64,000 nucleotides of DNA from Chloroflexota bacterium (GTDB taxonomy: Bacteria > Chloroflexota > Anaerolineae > Anaerolineales > Anaerolineaceae): the NCBI GenBank assembly GCA_004347695.1, contig SLTK01000009.1:194328-258327 (forward strand). The letters are read 5' to 3'. This document shows positions 46,455 through 57,756 of this stretch, piece by piece; positions within the stretch are counted from its first letter, which is position 1, and each line of letters opens with the position of its first letter. Below the pieces are notes generated by a model. It did not search any database. It saw only the letters and a program-made list of their open reading frames with translations, and was not told the origin of the DNA. Position numbers and translations under genes: made by a program.

Positions 46455-47204
46455 ATGGATGCGGTTTTGACTCAAGAAGTTGGATCGGATCTCGACGAAT
46501 ATTATTCGAGTGAAAGATCACGAATACTCGTCGTCGAAGACGATCAGGATACCGCCTTTTTGCTGAAACAGATTTTGCGCCATGCCGGCTTTGATGTGCT
46601 GAGCGCCAATAACGGCAAGGAGGCGCTCAATAAGGTCAACCTATCCATTCCTGACCTGGTGCTGCTCGACCTGATGATGCCGGAGATGGATGGTTGGGAA
46701 ACGATCGATCATCTGCGCCAGGTGAGCAATACCCCGGTTATCATCCTCACGGCGCTTAATAATAAAGAAAATGTGGTTACCTGCTTTCAACGCGGCGTGG
46801 ATGACTATATGACCAAACCATTTTATAAAGGGGAGGTGGTCGAGCGAGTTCAGGCAGTGCTCCGACGGTCGCGTTCCACCCGCGATTCCAACCGTTTTGT
46901 ATTTCCACAGGTTGGTCTGGCAATCGACATTCAAACCCGTGAAGTGCGGCTGAAAAATGCGCGCATACAGCTCACCGGGAAAGAATTTAGCGTTTTACTG
47001 AACCTTGCCAAACATGCCCCGGAAATTTTGCATTACCAGCAGATTTCCCAGGCTGTATGGGGCCGGGACTTCCCGCAGGCGCGCCAACGAATTAAATACC
47101 TTGTGTACCTGCTGCGGCAAAAATTTGCACAAGTTGATCCTGAAGCTGAAAACCTGATCGTAAACGTTGACCGGCTGGGTTACAAACTCGTCACATCCAT
47201 GTAA
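46455..47204 (+). CDS. orphan OmpR/PhoB-family response regulator
   Basis: ILVVEDD, LLDLMMPEMDG, ILTA, DDYMTKPF, winged helix LTGKEF..L...VDRLGYKL; GGAGGA RBS before ATG 46455. Confidence 0.92.
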   Translation: MDAVLTQEVGSDLDEYYSSERSRILVVEDDQDTAFLLKQILRHAGFDVLSANNGKEALNKVNLSIPDLVLLDLMMPEMDGWETIDHLRQVSNTPVIILTALNNKENVVTCFQRGVDDYMTKPFYKGEVVERVQAVLRRSRSTRDSNRFVFPQVGLAIDIQTREVRLKNARIQLTGKEFSVLLNLAKHAPEILHYQQISQAVWGRDFPQARQRIKYLVYLLRQKFAQVDPEAENLIVNVDRLGYKLVTSM

Positions 47205-47231
47205 ATCGCCTTTTATAATCGGATATAAAGT

Positions 47232-47256
47232 GTGGGCGGCTAATTTGGCCGCCCAC
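47232..47256 (+). terminator. terminator after the response regulator
   Basis: GTGGGCGGC / GCCGCCCAC stem. Confidence 0.55.
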
Positions 47257-47380
47257 TGGTTTATCTCGCCGGCAGGCGAAAACGTAAAATGCCACAATCA
47301 GGCAGGTTGACCGTCCTTCACCAAAGAATCACGATCGAGTAAAATGTTAGCATGCCATTGCACGCAGGAATGATCACTCA

Positions 47381-48235
47381 TTGAAGAAATACAGCCCATA
47401 TATTCTGGTCGCCGCTGGTTTGATCGTCATTTATCTTGGGGTGACCGGAAAGTACTCAATAATTTACAGCACATTATTGCTGCGCCTGGGATTGGTGAAC
47501 GAATTAGGCGACCCTACCATGGGTTTTAGCCCCTTGGAGGTGCAGGTTTCCAACCTGGTAAAAGGGCAGTTTGCGCCAGAAGTCGAAGTTACTCAGCCTT
47601 CGACTGACCAACCTGCTATGCGCTTTCCGACCCCGACATTGCGCAGCTTGGCGCCTTATCCCACGCCGCTGCCCGGCGCGACGGCCGTTGAACCGGTAGA
47701 AGCTGTGCCGATCCCCACGCTTTATCCAACCATCCCAACACGAATCGAAATTCCGATAATCGGCCTGGTGGCTCCCATTGTGCCTTCGGAACCCGCGCAA
47801 GTTAAGATTGGCAGTGATACCTTTGAACAGTACAAGGCTCCGGATAAATTTGCCGTAGGTTGGCATACCACTTCTGCGTTGCTTGGACAAATTGGGAACA
47901 CAGTATTCAACGGGCATCACAATATATTCGAAAAGGTTTTCGAGAATCTCAATAAAGTCGTCCCAGGGGATGAAATCATCGTTTACGGCGGTTCGGTACG
48001 ATACACCTATACTGTGGTCAATGTCATGATATTGCCGGAGCGCAACGTTGATATGGCGACACGTTTGGAAAACGCGCGCTGGATACTGCCGTCTCAGGAT
48101 GAGCGGTTGACTTTAATCACCTGCTGGCCGGCAGAATCCAATACACACCGCTTGATCGTAGTCGCTCAACCAAAAGGTGAACCCGTTATGGTGACGCCGA
48201 CGCCAACCGCCGGTGTACCGATCTCAAGCCAATAA
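47381..48235 (+). CDS. membrane-anchored sortase
   Basis: N-terminal TM and Pro/Thr linker; RIEIP.I, GNTVFNGHH, F.NL..V.PGD.I.V, LTLITCWP, HRLIVVA (His/Cys/Arg triad); TTG start. Confidence 0.85.
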   Translation: MKKYSPYILVAAGLIVIYLGVTGKYSIIYSTLLLRLGLVNELGDPTMGFSPLEVQVSNLVKGQFAPEVEVTQPSTDQPAMRFPTPTLRSLAPYPTPLPGATAVEPVEAVPIPTLYPTIPTRIEIPIIGLVAPIVPSEPAQVKIGSDTFEQYKAPDKFAVGWHTTSALLGQIGNTVFNGHHNIFEKVFENLNKVVPGDEIIVYGGSVRYTYTVVNVMILPERNVDMATRLENARWILPSQDERLTLITCWPAESNTHRLIVVAQPKGEPVMVTPTPTAGVPISSQ

Positions 48236-48257
48236 TTTCAGGTGGCGTCAGACTGCG

Positions 48258-48962
48258 TTAGTGGAGCACCTGAGTCACATGAGATGCAAGACGATTGGCT
48301 TGCGCGGTTGTCGCCAGGTACACAGGCTGTGCAACCACGAAAATGCGTCCCCATGACGGCTCTCCGTCGGCCTCGATGCAGGTTTGCAGCACCAGTGTAT
48401 CTGCCTGCGTGTAAACTTTATAAAACAGAGTCTCCACGCTGATACGCGCGCCGTTGGGGTCATTCAGGTCAAGGAAATCTGAGTAGGGACTGTTAGGGGA
48501 AAGCGCCTGATATTTGAGCACTTCTTTGACGCGGTAAGTTTGAGTGCGGCCGTCGCCATACACAAGGGAAAGGATTTTTCCTTTTTCAACCGCGAAAAAT
48601 TTCTCACCGAGCAGGTAATTGTGCGCTAAAAGGGCAACCGTTCCGTATTGGGCAGCCATGCCGAACTGGGTGGCGGCTTCAGGTTGGGTCGAGACAAAAC
48701 CGGGCGCAGAGGAGGGTTGCTGGACGATCGGAGCTGCAAAAATGCCCCTGGCAAAAATTCCAGCGACCTGGTATGGATTACCGCTGACTGCAACGGAGGC
48801 GGCAAAAGGCGCCAAAGCGGCAACTGCTGAGCTGGCGGTTTCTGCATTTTCAAGGCTGGGGCCGGTAACGGGAATAATCGCGCCAGTAGCCGCTTGCACG
48901 GGTTGGGCGAACAGTGTCAGGATCAGTGTGATCGAAAGAAGAAGTGAGAGTTTTTGTTTCAT
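48258..48962 (-). CDS. secreted protein with a sortase-like catalytic pattern
   Basis: Signal peptide ending PVQA; LLAHN, YRV, LVLQTC, WGRIFVVA spaced as in the sortase triad. Confidence 0.65.
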   Translation of the reverse strand: MKQKLSLLLSITLILTLFAQPVQAATGAIIPVTGPSLENAETASSAVAALAPFAASVAVSGNPYQVAGIFARGIFAAPIVQQPSSAPGFVSTQPEAATQFGMAAQYGTVALLAHNYLLGEKFFAVEKGKILSLVYGDGRTQTYRVKEVLKYQALSPNSPYSDFLDLNDPNGARISVETLFYKVYTQADTLVLQTCIEADGEPSWGRIFVVAQPVYLATTAQANRLASHVTQVLH

Positions 48963-49107
48963 TATTTGTCGGTTATTTTTTAGTGGAATTACGATATAAA
49001 TTTAGTTTGTTTGATGACTTAAAACAAGGGTTACAGAGCCCTTGTAAACCGACTGTAAGGCTCTGGTTTAGGCGCGAATGGGTTCGCAAACGCCTGGTTT
49101 AGCGCTG

Positions 49108-49116
49108 TGGTATAAT
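49108..49116 (+). promoter_or_regulatory. extended -10 promoter of the yebC operon
   Basis: TGG-TATAAT. Confidence 0.6.
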
Positions 49117-49167
49117 TTGCGTGACTTTTATTCTGCTCACCAGTTGGTGATTTGAAGGAGAACCAGA

Positions 49168-49923
49168 ATGTCTGGACATTCAAAATGGGCGACGATTAAA
49201 CGGAAAAAAGGCGCTGCCGATGCCAAGCGCGGGCAGGTGTTCACGCGCCTGACCCGTGAAATTGTGATGGCGGCGCGCGAAGGCGGCGGAGATACCGATT
49301 CGAATTTTCGGTTAAGGCTGGCCATCGAAAAAGCCCGGAGCCAGAACATGCCGAAGGAAAACATCGAGCGGGCGATCAAACGCGGAACTGGTGAGAGCAA
49401 AGACGGAAGCGTGTTCGAGCAGGTTTTTTATGAAGGTTACGCCCCGCACGGCGTGGCATTGATGATCGAGTGCTTTACCGAAAACCGCAATCGCACCGTC
49501 GCAGAAGTACGGCATGTGCTTACGCGCGCCGGGGGCACGCTTGGCGAGGCCGGTTCGGTCGGCTGGCAGTTCAAACGCGCAGCGTATTTTTCGGTGCCCG
49601 GCACTGAGCAGGATATGGAAAAAATATTTGATCTGGCAGTCTTTGGCGGAGCTGACGACGTCAACTACGATGACGGTTATATCGAAATCATCGGCCCGGT
49701 CGAGAGCTTCAAGACCATTTCAGATGCACTGCGCCAGGGGAAATACACCCTCGAAGAAGCCGAACTCCGTATGCTTCCGACAAATGAGATGGATCTCGGT
49801 ACGGAAGAAACCCTTCAGGTTCTGCGTTCGGTAGAGAGCCTGGAAGAGTTGGACGATGTGCAGAATGTTTTCCACAATCTGCGCATTTCTGAGGAGGCGC
49901 TCGCGTCCCTGGCTGAGGAATAA
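49168..49923 (+). CDS. yebC: YebC/PmpR family protein
   Basis: MSGHSKWATIKRKKG, NMPKENIERAI, YEGYAPHG, LDDVQNVFHN. Confidence 0.96.
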   Translation: MSGHSKWATIKRKKGAADAKRGQVFTRLTREIVMAAREGGGDTDSNFRLRLAIEKARSQNMPKENIERAIKRGTGESKDGSVFEQVFYEGYAPHGVALMIECFTENRNRTVAEVRHVLTRAGGTLGEAGSVGWQFKRAAYFSVPGTEQDMEKIFDLAVFGGADDVNYDDGYIEIIGPVESFKTISDALRQGKYTLEEAELRMLPTNEMDLGTEETLQVLRSVESLEELDDVQNVFHNLRISEEALASLAEE

Positions 49924-49926
49924 CCC

Positions 49927-50415
49927 ATGCTGGTTGTGGGAATTGACCCGGGAACAGCGACAACTGGCTATGGCCTGGTAGCCGAAACCGAAAGCGGCAT
50001 TACCGTCGTCGATTACGGGGTTATTCTTACGCCAGCAGGCGAACGTCCCGAACTGCGCTTGATGCAGCTTTCGGAAAAATTGAATGAAATCCTGCTTCTC
50101 CACCAGCCGCAGGGCGCGGCTGTGGAGAAGCTTTTTTTTCAGCGCAATGTCTCCTCGGCAATTTCGGTCGGGCAGGCCCGCGGCGTGGTGCTGCTTGCGC
50201 TGGCTCAACATTCGGTGGCGATTGGTGAATATACCCCGATGGAAATAAAACAGGCAGTCACCGGCTACGGCGGCGCGGATAAAATGCAGGTTCAGTTGAT
50301 GGTAAAAGCGCTTCTATCGCTGCCGGAAATTCCGCATCCCGACGATGCTGCCGACGCGCTGGCGATAGCTATTTGCCACCTCCACAGTATGCGTTTGAAC
50401 AGTTTGAAATCATGA
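49927..50415 (+). CDS. ruvC: Holliday junction resolvase RuvC
   Basis: VGIDPG...TGYG, AVEKLFF, GQARG, IKQAVTGYG.ADK.QV, DDAADALAIA. Confidence 0.96.
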   Translation: MLVVGIDPGTATTGYGLVAETESGITVVDYGVILTPAGERPELRLMQLSEKLNEILLLHQPQGAAVEKLFFQRNVSSAISVGQARGVVLLALAQHSVAIGEYTPMEIKQAVTGYGGADKMQVQLMVKALLSLPEIPHPDDAADALAIAICHLHSMRLNSLKS

Positions 50416-51221
50416 TTACCAGCAGCGCCAATCCTGCCATCAAACTCATCCGCAAGCTTGCTGACCGGAAGGAACGGCAGCACACCGGTCTTTTCTATAT
50501 CGAAGGGTTGCGGATTGTGGGTGAAGCTGCACAAAAACAGTGGGATATCGATCAACTGGTTATTGCACCGGAGCTATTGACCAGCCTGTTTGGCCAGCAA
50601 CTGGTAACCGATGTCACATCTGCCGGCGGCAATGTGCTGGAAGTTTCCGCGGATGTATTCCGCAGTTTATCCACCAAAGATGGGCCGCAGGGGATTGCCG
50701 CCATTGTCCGGCAGCGCTGGACAAGTTTAGAGGACGTGCATCTCTCGGATGGGGACGTATGGATTGCACTTGATTCGGTGCAGGACCCCGGCAACCTGGG
50801 GACGATCCTGCGCACCAGCGACGCAGCCGGATGCAAGGGTGTGATTCTGCTCGATCAGTCAACCGACCCGTTTGATCCAGGCGCGATCCGCGCCAGCATG
50901 GGCGCGATATTCGACCAGCCATTGGTTAAAACAACATGGCCGATGTTCGCCAATTGGAAAAAACGGGAAGAGGCAGCGGTGATCGGCACTTCTGATAAAG
51001 CCCAACAGGATTACCATCGTTACCGTTACCCGCAAGGGCTGGTTGTGTTAATGGGCAGCGAGCGACAGGGATTGCAGGAGCACCATTACGCACTATGCGA
51101 CGCAGTCGTATCGATTCCCATGCGCGGCGCGTCGGATTCACTCAATCTGGCTGTGGCAACTGCGCTGGTCGTGTATGAAATTGTGAATCAACGTCTGGAC
51201 GAAGCTGCGCATAGTCAATAA
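50412..51221 (+). CDS. TrmH/SpoU-family RNA methyltransferase
   Basis: ITS..NP.IK, VQDPGNLGTILR, GSERQGL, IPM.G..DSLN.A.A; ATGA overlap with ruvC. Confidence 0.92.
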   Translation: MITSSANPAIKLIRKLADRKERQHTGLFYIEGLRIVGEAAQKQWDIDQLVIAPELLTSLFGQQLVTDVTSAGGNVLEVSADVFRSLSTKDGPQGIAAIVRQRWTSLEDVHLSDGDVWIALDSVQDPGNLGTILRTSDAAGCKGVILLDQSTDPFDPGAIRASMGAIFDQPLVKTTWPMFANWKKREEAAVIGTSDKAQQDYHRYRYPQGLVVLMGSERQGLQEHHYALCDAVVSIPMRGASDSLNLAVATALVVYEIVNQRLDEAAHSQ

Positions 51222-51245
51222 CTGGATGGAAATGGAGCGAAAGCC

Positions 51246-51824
51246 ATGATCGTGCATGTACAGGGTGAAGTTGTAGCCGCCAGTCAGGACAGCCTGACCT
51301 TGCAAATGGGAGGGTTTGGCGTACGGGTCTTTGTTCCGGTCGTTCTGGCAAAACAAAGCCCGGTAGGTGATATGATTTTTTTGCATACCCACCTGGTTGT
51401 GCGAGAGGACGGCTGGGCGATCTATGGGTTCGAACGCGAGATCGAACGCGACTTTTTCATCCTGTTACTGGCGGTCAACGGCATTGGTCCGCGATTAGCG
51501 CTTTCGGTCCTGTCAACCCTGTCGGTGGATGTCATCCGCCGGGCAGTTCTGGCTGAACAGGCGGATATCTTTGCGCGGGTGCCGGGGGTCGGCAAGAAAA
51601 CCGCCCAAAAAATTGTGCTGTACCTACAGGGCAAAGTTGGCGAGGCGGGCGAAATACGCGAGACCATCGGCATTCTGGATGTGGATACCGAAGTACTGGA
51701 AGCGCTTACCGGCCTGGGTTACAGCGTGATCGAAGCGCAAACGGCCATCCAATTCATTCCACGGGACGCGCCAAAAACGGTGGAAGATCGCCTGCGCATC
51801 GCGCTGCAATTCTTTAACAAATAG
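51246..51824 (+). CDS. ruvA: Holliday junction branch migration protein RuvA
   Basis: THLVVRED...YGF, VNGIGPRLAL, VPGVGKKTAQ.I, ALTGLGY. Confidence 0.95.
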   Translation: MIVHVQGEVVAASQDSLTLQMGGFGVRVFVPVVLAKQSPVGDMIFLHTHLVVREDGWAIYGFEREIERDFFILLLAVNGIGPRLALSVLSTLSVDVIRRAVLAEQADIFARVPGVGKKTAQKIVLYLQGKVGEAGEIRETIGILDVDTEVLEALTGLGYSVIEAQTAIQFIPRDAPKTVEDRLRIALQFFNK

Positions 51825-51865
51825 CCCTCCGTGCACATGTTTCGTGAAATTGGACGTGCGAAAAC

Positions 51866-51894
51866 TAGACAAACATTTTGCTTTCGAGTATGAT
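51866..51894 (+). promoter_or_regulatory. sigma-70 promoter upstream of atpA
   Basis: TAGACA, 17 nt, TATGAT. Confidence 0.6.
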
Positions 51895-51997
51895 TTAACC
51901 CGAAATTTGTGCAATCCATATCCAAGAATTCTGAAAAATATTTTCATCTGGGTATTAACAATATCCAACACCAATTGTTGCCCGCCCGGGAGGCTCG

Positions 51998-53659
51998 ATG
52001 ACTGACCTGATCAAGAACCTGACCACAGACCTGCAGCAAAAGATAGACGCTTTTAAACCATCGCTTGAAGTTCGCAATGTTGGGATGGTCACCGAAGCCG
52101 GTGATGGTATCGCCATGGTGGATGGTCTGGCAGGCGTACAGTCACAGGAACTGGTTGAATTCGAGAACGGCGTGATGGGGATCGCATTCAACCTGGAAAA
52201 AGATCGGGTAGGCGTCACCATCGTGGGCGATTACACAATCGTTTCGGAAGGCATGCAGGTGCGTTCTACTGGCCGGATTGCATCGGTTCCGGTAGGAGAC
52301 GGATTAATCGGACGGGTGGTCAACGCCCTCGGCCAGCCGATTGACGGCAAGGGCCCGATCGTGCATACGCGTTTCCGGCCGATCGAGCGCATTGCTCCAG
52401 GCGTGGTGGAACGGCAGGATGTCGATACTCCTGTCCAGACGGGCATCAAGGCTATCGACTCGATGATCCCGATTGGCCGCGGCCAACGCGAATTGATCAT
52501 TGGCGATCGCCAGACTGGTAAAACAGCCCTGGCCATCGATACCATTATCAACCAGAAGGGCAAGAACCTGATCTGTATTTATGTCGCCATCGGCCAGAAA
52601 AAGGCAGCCATCGCCCGCACCATTGGCCTGCTGGAACGCACCGGCGCCATGGCACACACAATCGTGGTTATGGCTGCTGCCGATGAACCCGCTGCCATGC
52701 AGTACATTGCGCCTTATTCCGGCTGCAGTATTGGCGAGGAATTCATGGAGACCGGGCGAGATGCGCTGGTGATTTATGATGACCTTTCCAAACATGCCTG
52801 GGCTTATCGCCAAATATCTTTGCTGCTGCGCCGCCCACCTGGTCGCGAGGCATACCCGGGCGACGTCTTCTTCCTGCATTCGCGCCTGCTCGAGCGGGCA
52901 GCCCGCCTGGCAACTTCCTTTGCGATCGTAGGTAAGGATTACGCTGGCGCTACCGCTAAACCCGCAGATGCTTTGGATGGCAAACTATTTATGGGGCCGA
53001 TCGCTGAGCAGGATGCCGGGCAAGCCTTAAAGGCATTAAAAAACGGTGATAAATATAAAGTGTTGCCTGTGGAAGGCACTGGCGGGTCGCTGACCGCTTT
53101 GCCGATTATCGAGACACTGCTGGGTGATGTGTCAGCTTATATTCCAACCAACGTCATCTCCATTACTGACGGGCAGATTTACCTGGAATCCAACCTGTTC
53201 AATGCCGGTATTCGCCCGGGCATCAATGTTGGCATTTCAGTATCCCGGGTTGGCGGCGCTGCGCTGACCAAAGCTATGAGGCAGGTGGCTGGCCGGCTGC
53301 GCCTGGACATGGCATCTTTCCGCGACCTGGCTGCCTTTGCCCAATTTGGTTCCGATTTGGACAAAGCGACCATGGCCCAGCTAAACCGCGGTCTGCGTTT
53401 GCAGGAGATTCTCAAGCAGGCCCAATATGAGCCCATGTCGGTAGAAAATCAGGTGATGGCATTGTTCGCCGGCGTCAACGGATTCATTGACCAGGTAGCA
53501 GTAGAACGAGTCAAGGCCTGGGAGCGTGAATTCCTGCGTTTCATGGAAGCCAGCCACCCGGAAGTTGGGCGCGCGATCGCCGAGAAAAAGGCGATTTCAC
53601 CCGAAACCGAGACCAAGCTGCGCGAAGCCCTGCAAGCTTTTCAAGCAGGATGGGTATAA
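51998..53659 (+). CDS. atpA: F1 ATP synthase subunit alpha
   Basis: [31 protein letters not shown]. Confidence 0.98.
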   Translation: MTDLIKNLTTDLQQKIDAFKPSLEVRNVGMVTEAGDGIAMVDGLAGVQSQELVEFENGVMGIAFNLEKDRVGVTIVGDYTIVSEGMQVRSTGRIASVPVGDGLIGRVVNALGQPIDGKGPIVHTRFRPIERIAPGVVERQDVDTPVQTGIKAIDSMIPIGRGQRELIIGDRQTGKTALAIDTIINQKGKNLICIYVAIGQKKAAIARTIGLLERTGAMAHTIVVMAAADEPAAMQYIAPYSGCSIGEEFMETGRDALVIYDDLSKHAWAYRQISLLLRRPPGREAYPGDVFFLHSRLLERAARLATSFAIVGKDYAGATAKPADALDGKLFMGPIAEQDAGQALKALKNGDKYKVLPVEGTGGSLTALPIIETLLGDVSAYIPTNVISITDGQIYLESNLFNAGIRPGINVGISVSRVGGAALTKAMRQVAGRLRLDMASFRDLAAFAQFGSDLDKATMAQLNRGLRLQEILKQAQYEPMSVENQVMALFAGVNGFIDQVAVERVKAWEREFLRFMEASHPEVGRAIAEKKAISPETETKLREALQAFQAGWV

Positions 53660-53687
53660 CCCATACCCCTAGACCTCAGGGAGGATT

Positions 53688-54584
53688 ATGGCGTCCACCA
53701 GGGAAATGAGGCTGCGAATACGCAGCGTAAAAAATCTGGCGCAAGTCACCCGCGCACTGGAAACGGTGAGTGCGAGCAAGGTACGGCGCGCGATTCAGGC
53801 AAATGACCGTACCCGGCCGTATGCTGAACGCGCCTGGCGCATCCTCACCGATTTGGCTCGCCAACCCGGGCACCAGAGCATGCATCCGCTGCTGGCAGAA
53901 CGCGATGAGGTCAAGAATATTCTGGTCATTTTGATCAGTTCGGACCGCGGTCTGGCCGGAGCTTACAACGTTAATATTGTGCGCGAAGCGCTGTTGCATT
54001 TTGCCGATCAACAAACACCGGTTTCCTACATTACAGTGGGAAAACGCGGACGCGACATGCTGCTCAGACGGCGGCGCAGCGTGGTGGGCGAGTTCAGTGG
54101 GTTGTCTGCCAACCCGACATACCTCGAATCAGCGCCGATTGGACAGCTTGCGGTGGATGAGTTTTTATCACACCGCGCGGATCAGGTGTATGTGGCCTAC
54201 ACCGAATATCAGAATATGCTGCGGCAGGAACCCGTAATCCGGAAAATTTTACCCTTCAGTGTTCCAGAACCGGAAAAGAACACGGCATTGGCTGAACCTC
54301 AGGCCAAAAGCAAGTTTGTCTTTACGTATGAACCAGGCCAGGAAGAAATCCTCCACGAAATTATTCCTGATTTCACCGCGTTGCAAATTTACAAAGCAAT
54401 TCTTTCGGCTTTGGCCAGTGAACATGCCGCTCGCATGGTTGCCATGCGCAATGCGACCAACAGCGCCAAAGACCTGGTCTCACTGCTGCAATTGGATTAC
54501 AACAAGATCCGGCAGGCCGGCATCACCAATGAAATGTTGGATATTTCTGGCGGCGCTGAAGCTCTGGCTCAGGCATCTGCTTAG
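53688..54584 (+). CDS. atpG: F1 ATP synthase subunit gamma
   Basis: SDRGLAGAYN, SEHAARM.AM.NAT, RQA.IT.E. Confidence 0.97.
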   Translation: MASTREMRLRIRSVKNLAQVTRALETVSASKVRRAIQANDRTRPYAERAWRILTDLARQPGHQSMHPLLAERDEVKNILVILISSDRGLAGAYNVNIVREALLHFADQQTPVSYITVGKRGRDMLLRRRRSVVGEFSGLSANPTYLESAPIGQLAVDEFLSHRADQVYVAYTEYQNMLRQEPVIRKILPFSVPEPEKNTALAEPQAKSKFVFTYEPGQEEILHEIIPDFTALQIYKAILSALASEHAARMVAMRNATNSAKDLVSLLQLDYNKIRQAGITNEMLDISGGAEALAQASA

Positions 54585-54624
54585 TCACCCGCTGCGCTTT
54601 ACTCATCATATCTGGAGGCTTTGA

Positions 54625-56025
<1,401 letters not shown>

Positions 56026-56037
56026 CAAGGAGTTTTG

Positions 56038-56460
56038 ATGCCCATCCATTGCGAGATCGTTTCTCAAGACCGGATCGTCTTCCAGGGCGACGTGGATATC
56101 GTCGTCGTGCCGGGCGTAGAAGGCGTGATGGGCATTTTACCCAATCATTCGCCGCTGCTTTCAACTCTGCAATACGGTATCATTACTATTCGCCAGAAAA
56201 ATCAGGAAGAGTATTTTACGGTTGCAGGAGGGGTGGTGGAGGTAACCGGCAGCCAGGTTACCATTCTGGCAAATGCGGCCGAAAATGTGGATGAAATAAA
56301 TATCCAGCGAGCGGAAGATGCCCGGCAACGCGCTGAAATTTCGTTGAAAGAAGCCGGCGCTGTCAAACCTGAAGATCAGGCTGCGTTGCAACTGGCGCTC
56401 AAGCGATCTACTCTGCGTATAGCCGCAGTTCAGCGTTTCCGCCAGCGTCGGACAAGATAA
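56038..56460 (+). CDS. atpC: F1 ATP synthase subunit epsilon
   Basis: IVSQDR, G.MGILPNH.P, GG..EV....VTILA, C-terminal helices; AAGGAG RBS. Confidence 0.95.
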   Translation: MPIHCEIVSQDRIVFQGDVDIVVVPGVEGVMGILPNHSPLLSTLQYGIITIRQKNQEEYFTVAGGVVEVTGSQVTILANAAENVDEINIQRAEDARQRAEISLKEAGAVKPEDQAALQLALKRSTLRIAAVQRFRQRRTR

Positions 56461-56530
56461 ACAAGTTGTAAATTCGATACCCGGATTACCGGGGATTTGA
56501 ATTTCATATCAGGAAGGATTTTGTCGTTAT

Positions 56531-57538
56531 ATGCCTGGGTTGACAAGGGAATTGGGCATTGATCTTGGGACAATGAACACCGTCATTACGGAGGGGAATC
56601 AGATTCTGCTGCAAGAACCGACGGTGGTTGCCCTGGTCGTGCAAGAACAAAAAATGGTTGAATGGGGTCAATCCGCCCGCGATATGCTGGGACGGGTTGG
56701 TGACAATATCGAGGTAGTACGCCCGATGCGGCACGGAGTGATTGCTGAATTCGAAATTACCGAAAATTTACTGCAATACTTGATCAAAAAAACCTGTGGA
56801 CCGATGTTGATCTTTCGACCGCGAATAATTATCACCGTGCCTTACGGTATCACCAGCGTCGAAACACGGGCCGTACATGAAGCCGGCCTGGGTTCCGGCA
56901 GCCGGGACGTGATGCTGATCAAACAACCCCTGGCAGCGGCATTGGGGATCGACCTGCCGATCAACACCCCCACCGGGAACATGATCATCTCATTAGGCGG
57001 CGGTACACACCAGGCGGGAGTGCTGGCGATGAATGACATCGTCACAGCCGAGACATCACGCACCGGCGGCATAGCCATGGATGAGGCTATCATTTCCTAT
57101 ATCCGGCGCAAGTATGGCGTCATCGTCGGGCAGCCTACGGCTGAGTTGCTCAAGACCCGCATTGGCGCGGCTATTCCTCAGGACAATCAGCTTTCGTTGG
57201 AGGTTCAGGGGCAGGACCAGGTATCGGCGCTGCCGCGCCCGGTTACTTTGACCACGGATGATATCGTCGAAGCGTTGCAAGATCCGCTGGCCGAAGTGGT
57301 AGCTCTGGTGCGCCGGGTGTTGGAAAAAACGCCCCCTGAATTGATTTCAGACATTATCGATCGCGGCGCAGCGCTATGCGGGGGTGGGGCGCTGCTGCGA
57401 GGCATCGATAAATTCCTGACCAAGTCGCTTGGCATCCCGGTATATCTGGTGGATAACCCGGCGACCTGCACTGCTGAGGGCGCCAGCCGGGCGTTGGGGA
57501 TGCGCGACATCCTGCGCCGCAGCCTGATGCGGTTCTAA
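56531..57538 (+). CDS. MreB/Mbl-like actin homologue with atypical active-site residues
   Basis: GIDLGT.NT, RPMRHGVIA, GGGT, TPPEL..DI, GGGALL.G. Confidence 0.88.
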   Translation: MPGLTRELGIDLGTMNTVITEGNQILLQEPTVVALVVQEQKMVEWGQSARDMLGRVGDNIEVVRPMRHGVIAEFEITENLLQYLIKKTCGPMLIFRPRIIITVPYGITSVETRAVHEAGLGSGSRDVMLIKQPLAAALGIDLPINTPTGNMIISLGGGTHQAGVLAMNDIVTAETSRTGGIAMDEAIISYIRRKYGVIVGQPTAELLKTRIGAAIPQDNQLSLEVQGQDQVSALPRPVTLTTDDIVEALQDPLAEVVALVRRVLEKTPPELISDIIDRGAALCGGGALLRGIDKFLTKSLGIPVYLVDNPATCTAEGASRALGMRDILRRSLMRF

Positions 57539-57589
57539 ACCAGCCATCGCTGTGTGTGAACCAATCGGAGCGCTGGGATTGCATTTCTT

Positions 57590-57724
57590 GTAGGGTGTGT
57601 TCGCCCTGAGCGAGAACTCAAACCATTGATGCAAGTCTCCTCTTTTTCAAAAGGCTTGGGGCGAACGCATCAAAACAGCAGGTAAAATCCTTCACGGTGC
57701 GTTCAAGTACGGAACACGCCCTAC
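57590..57724. repeat. REPIN-like doublet of GTAG-tagged REPs
   Basis: Outer inverted repeats GTAGGGTGTGTTC / GAACACGCCCTAC (12/13); inner arms GAACGCATC / GGTGCGTTC. Confidence 0.75.
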
Positions 57725-57756
57725 TCAAATTGTTTTGTGTGTAACAATTTATTCGT

